Assembly: GCA_010356995.1 (NCBI GenBank)
Contig: ML996689.1
Location: forward strand, 1,196,691 to 1,260,690
DNA length: 64,000 bases
Reading direction: 5' to 3'
Source of the DNA: Trichodelitschia bisporula
Lineage: Eukaryota
Shown here: positions 61,937-64,000 of the stretch, piece after piece
Layout: every line of letters begins with the position of its first letter
Numbering within the stretch: position 1 is the first letter of the stretch
Program-made: the position numbers and the translations under genes
Notes under the pieces: generated by a model
Databases searched by the model: none
Told to the model about the DNA's origin: nothing
The model's input: the letters and a program-made list of their open reading frames with translations, nothing else

Positions 61937-64000
61937 TCCTCCTCAAGTTCGAACATCCCTCCGCCGACGCCCTCATCACTCCCTCCCGTCAACTCGGGGT
62001 CGGCGAAAGCGGCCACCGGACCGACACAATGGACTACGCCGAAGAACGATTTCCAGTTGGCACAGACGAGACTCGCCGTGGACGTCTATCATATCAACAT
62101 CCGGACTGGAGACAGTGCAATTTACTACCTGGTGGAGTACCCAGATGAGGCTGTTTTTGCCAATTTTCCCAACGCTAAACCCTACATCCACCGAGCGGTA
62201 CTGATCGATGGTGGCAAGGACACTGGGTCAAGCTACATCCGCACCTTTTTGTACAACCGAGTTCTTCGCATGTATGATTTCGATGACACGCACGGAGGAA
62301 TCAGGACTAAGGCCGCCTTCCCTCCGTTCGATGCTATTCTCATCACGCATTGGGACTCTGATCACTATGCCGGAGTGCTGGCCCTTATTGTCGACGACTT
62401 GATCCTCCGGAACCAAACAGGACTCGTTAACCTGAACACCTATCTTTCGCCGTACCTCAAGTACGCCCCAGCAACCTCATCCGCGAACCTGCGCGATGAA
62501 CGCGCGCTGACGTACCTTTACGTGCCCTACTGGGCCAGGACTACGATGCTTGACTCCACAAACACTCCCCGGCAGCCGAAATTCCCTTGGACGCAGTGCA
62601 AACCGAATGGCATGGTCTGGACCAACCCAGATAAGGTTCAGACCTTAGCCAACGGACAAGAGGCCTTTCTTGACTGGAACTCGCGCCTTGAGCCCCTGGG
62701 CAATCCAAAAAATCCCGATGAGTGGGCCACGAAGCTGTGCCGAATGAGATCCGGGAATGGATTTCTTCTCGGCACAAACTTGTTCACCAACCACCCGATC
62801 GGATATACGTCGGCCATGACCATGATGACGAACCCAGGATTGCTTGCACAGGCCCATCAGCTGTGGATGCTAAATAGCGCTTCCGCACCTCCCAAATTTG
62901 AAATGCCGGTGCTCTGTATCGTTGCTGCCAATTTCGAATGCTGTGGTCAGGGCGCGAGCCTGAACCTCGAGGCTGCTAAGCTCGCTTTGCAGAACTTATA
63001 TGCCCCGGACTTCACCGGGAAGGTGCGGACGGTTGACGCCGCTTTCGACGTTGAGCAAAACCCGGAGAGGCTGAGTGAATGCGAGCCCGAGGTTCTAGAA
63101 TACATGCAAGCTGTACTCAAAGCGCGAGACGACGCCGCCAAAAAAAGAGTGGTTCCTCCCTTGCCGGATGACGGTTCCAACGGTGGCTCCAACGGTGGCT
63201 CCGACGATATGACGCTTGATGATGGGTCTGGAGACTCGGGAGGGACCAAACTCAAGGACTCGAAACAGTCTCTTGCGGCCCACTTGTCCGGTGGCAGCGC
63301 AGAACTCCAAAATCTGAAGGCCGTTGTCGCTGAATCTCCGTCGGGTTCGGGGGGGACTACCCCACAGAGCAGCACTAATCCTCGGAGCGGCACCATCTCC
63401 CTCAGTGACTCCAGTACAAGCCCGCCCCAGTTTAGTAAAAAATCTCTGAACCCCAGAAGTGTCAAAATCGTCGATATTGCGCCGTATCTTTCTGAGAAGT
63501 CGGAGCTTGCCAACGCGATCAGCGTCCAGTCTATGGTGATATGGACCGACGGACAAATCTCACAATATACGGCCGGGGATGCAGACTGGGATAGCGAGAT
63601 GAAGGTTGTTGCTTGGGTTTATGCCGGCAAGAATAAGTACCAAACAGCTCGTTCCATCAAACTTTCCCATCATGGTTCCCGAAGCTCAACTCCGGTGGAG
63701 ATGATCCGGCATTTTCGCCCGAGAAACATTGTCATTAGTTGTGCAACGACCCAATTTGGACATCCGAGTATGTGTTTCCTTTCTCCCGAACCTGAGTCTA
63801 ATCAGTTTCAGGACCTGAAGTTCTTCTTTGGCTTAACCTGTGGCATCAGACTACCAAGCTATATCGCTACGTGCCAGACAATGGGAACAGACGCAAAGAA
63901 ACAGGCATTCTGTCAACAACGGCCTATCCATACTACCTGGCCTACCAGAACGTCGGTGGTGTTAGTCCTTGGGCAGAAGTTGTGAGAGCCAGCGAAGGAT
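61868..64000 (+). CDS. Protein with N-terminal ComEC/Rec2-type metallo-beta-lactamase-fold domain (gene D); continues beyond window
   Basis: HINIRTGDSA, VLIDGG, THWDSDH, TAGDA, IKLSHHGS, IVISC..FGHP. A 44-nt intron 63768-63811 gives GHPRPEVLLWL..TAYPYYL.., open to base 64000. Confidence 0.85.
61903..61936 (+). repeat. (AGC)n microsatellite encoding poly-Ser
   Basis: About 11 AGC units. Confidence 0.9.

Overview
Eukaryotic DNA from a filamentous ascomycete fungus (short GT-AG introns with CTRAC branch sites, fungal housekeeping genes). Core genes: kinesin-1 heavy chain, RAD6/UBC2, MSS116/CYT-19-type DEAD-box helicase, mitochondrial ribosomal L20, TOP2, SNU23, a DUF2406 gene, an SDR, an SDS3-like gene, VMA21, a FUN30/SMARCAD1-like remodeller, a LaeA-like methyltransferase, an HSL-family esterase and a GPI-type cell-wall protein. 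Two accessory zones stand out. (1) 11-21.9 kb, with a paralogous segment at 36.7-38.7 kb, holds orphan RING/low-complexity genes, pseudogenes and local duplications. (2) 50.7-64 kb is a compact cluster of two very large divergently transcribed uncharacterised genes (~1380 and ~1463 aa, one short intron each), a small tetraspan gene, and a gene beginning with a prokaryote-type ComEC-like metallo-beta-lactamase domain that runs off the window. This cluster is the best candidate for an undescribed multi-component system. A PIF1/Helitron-like helicase relic lies about 2.5 kb from it. Exon boundaries were read by eye and no database search was run.
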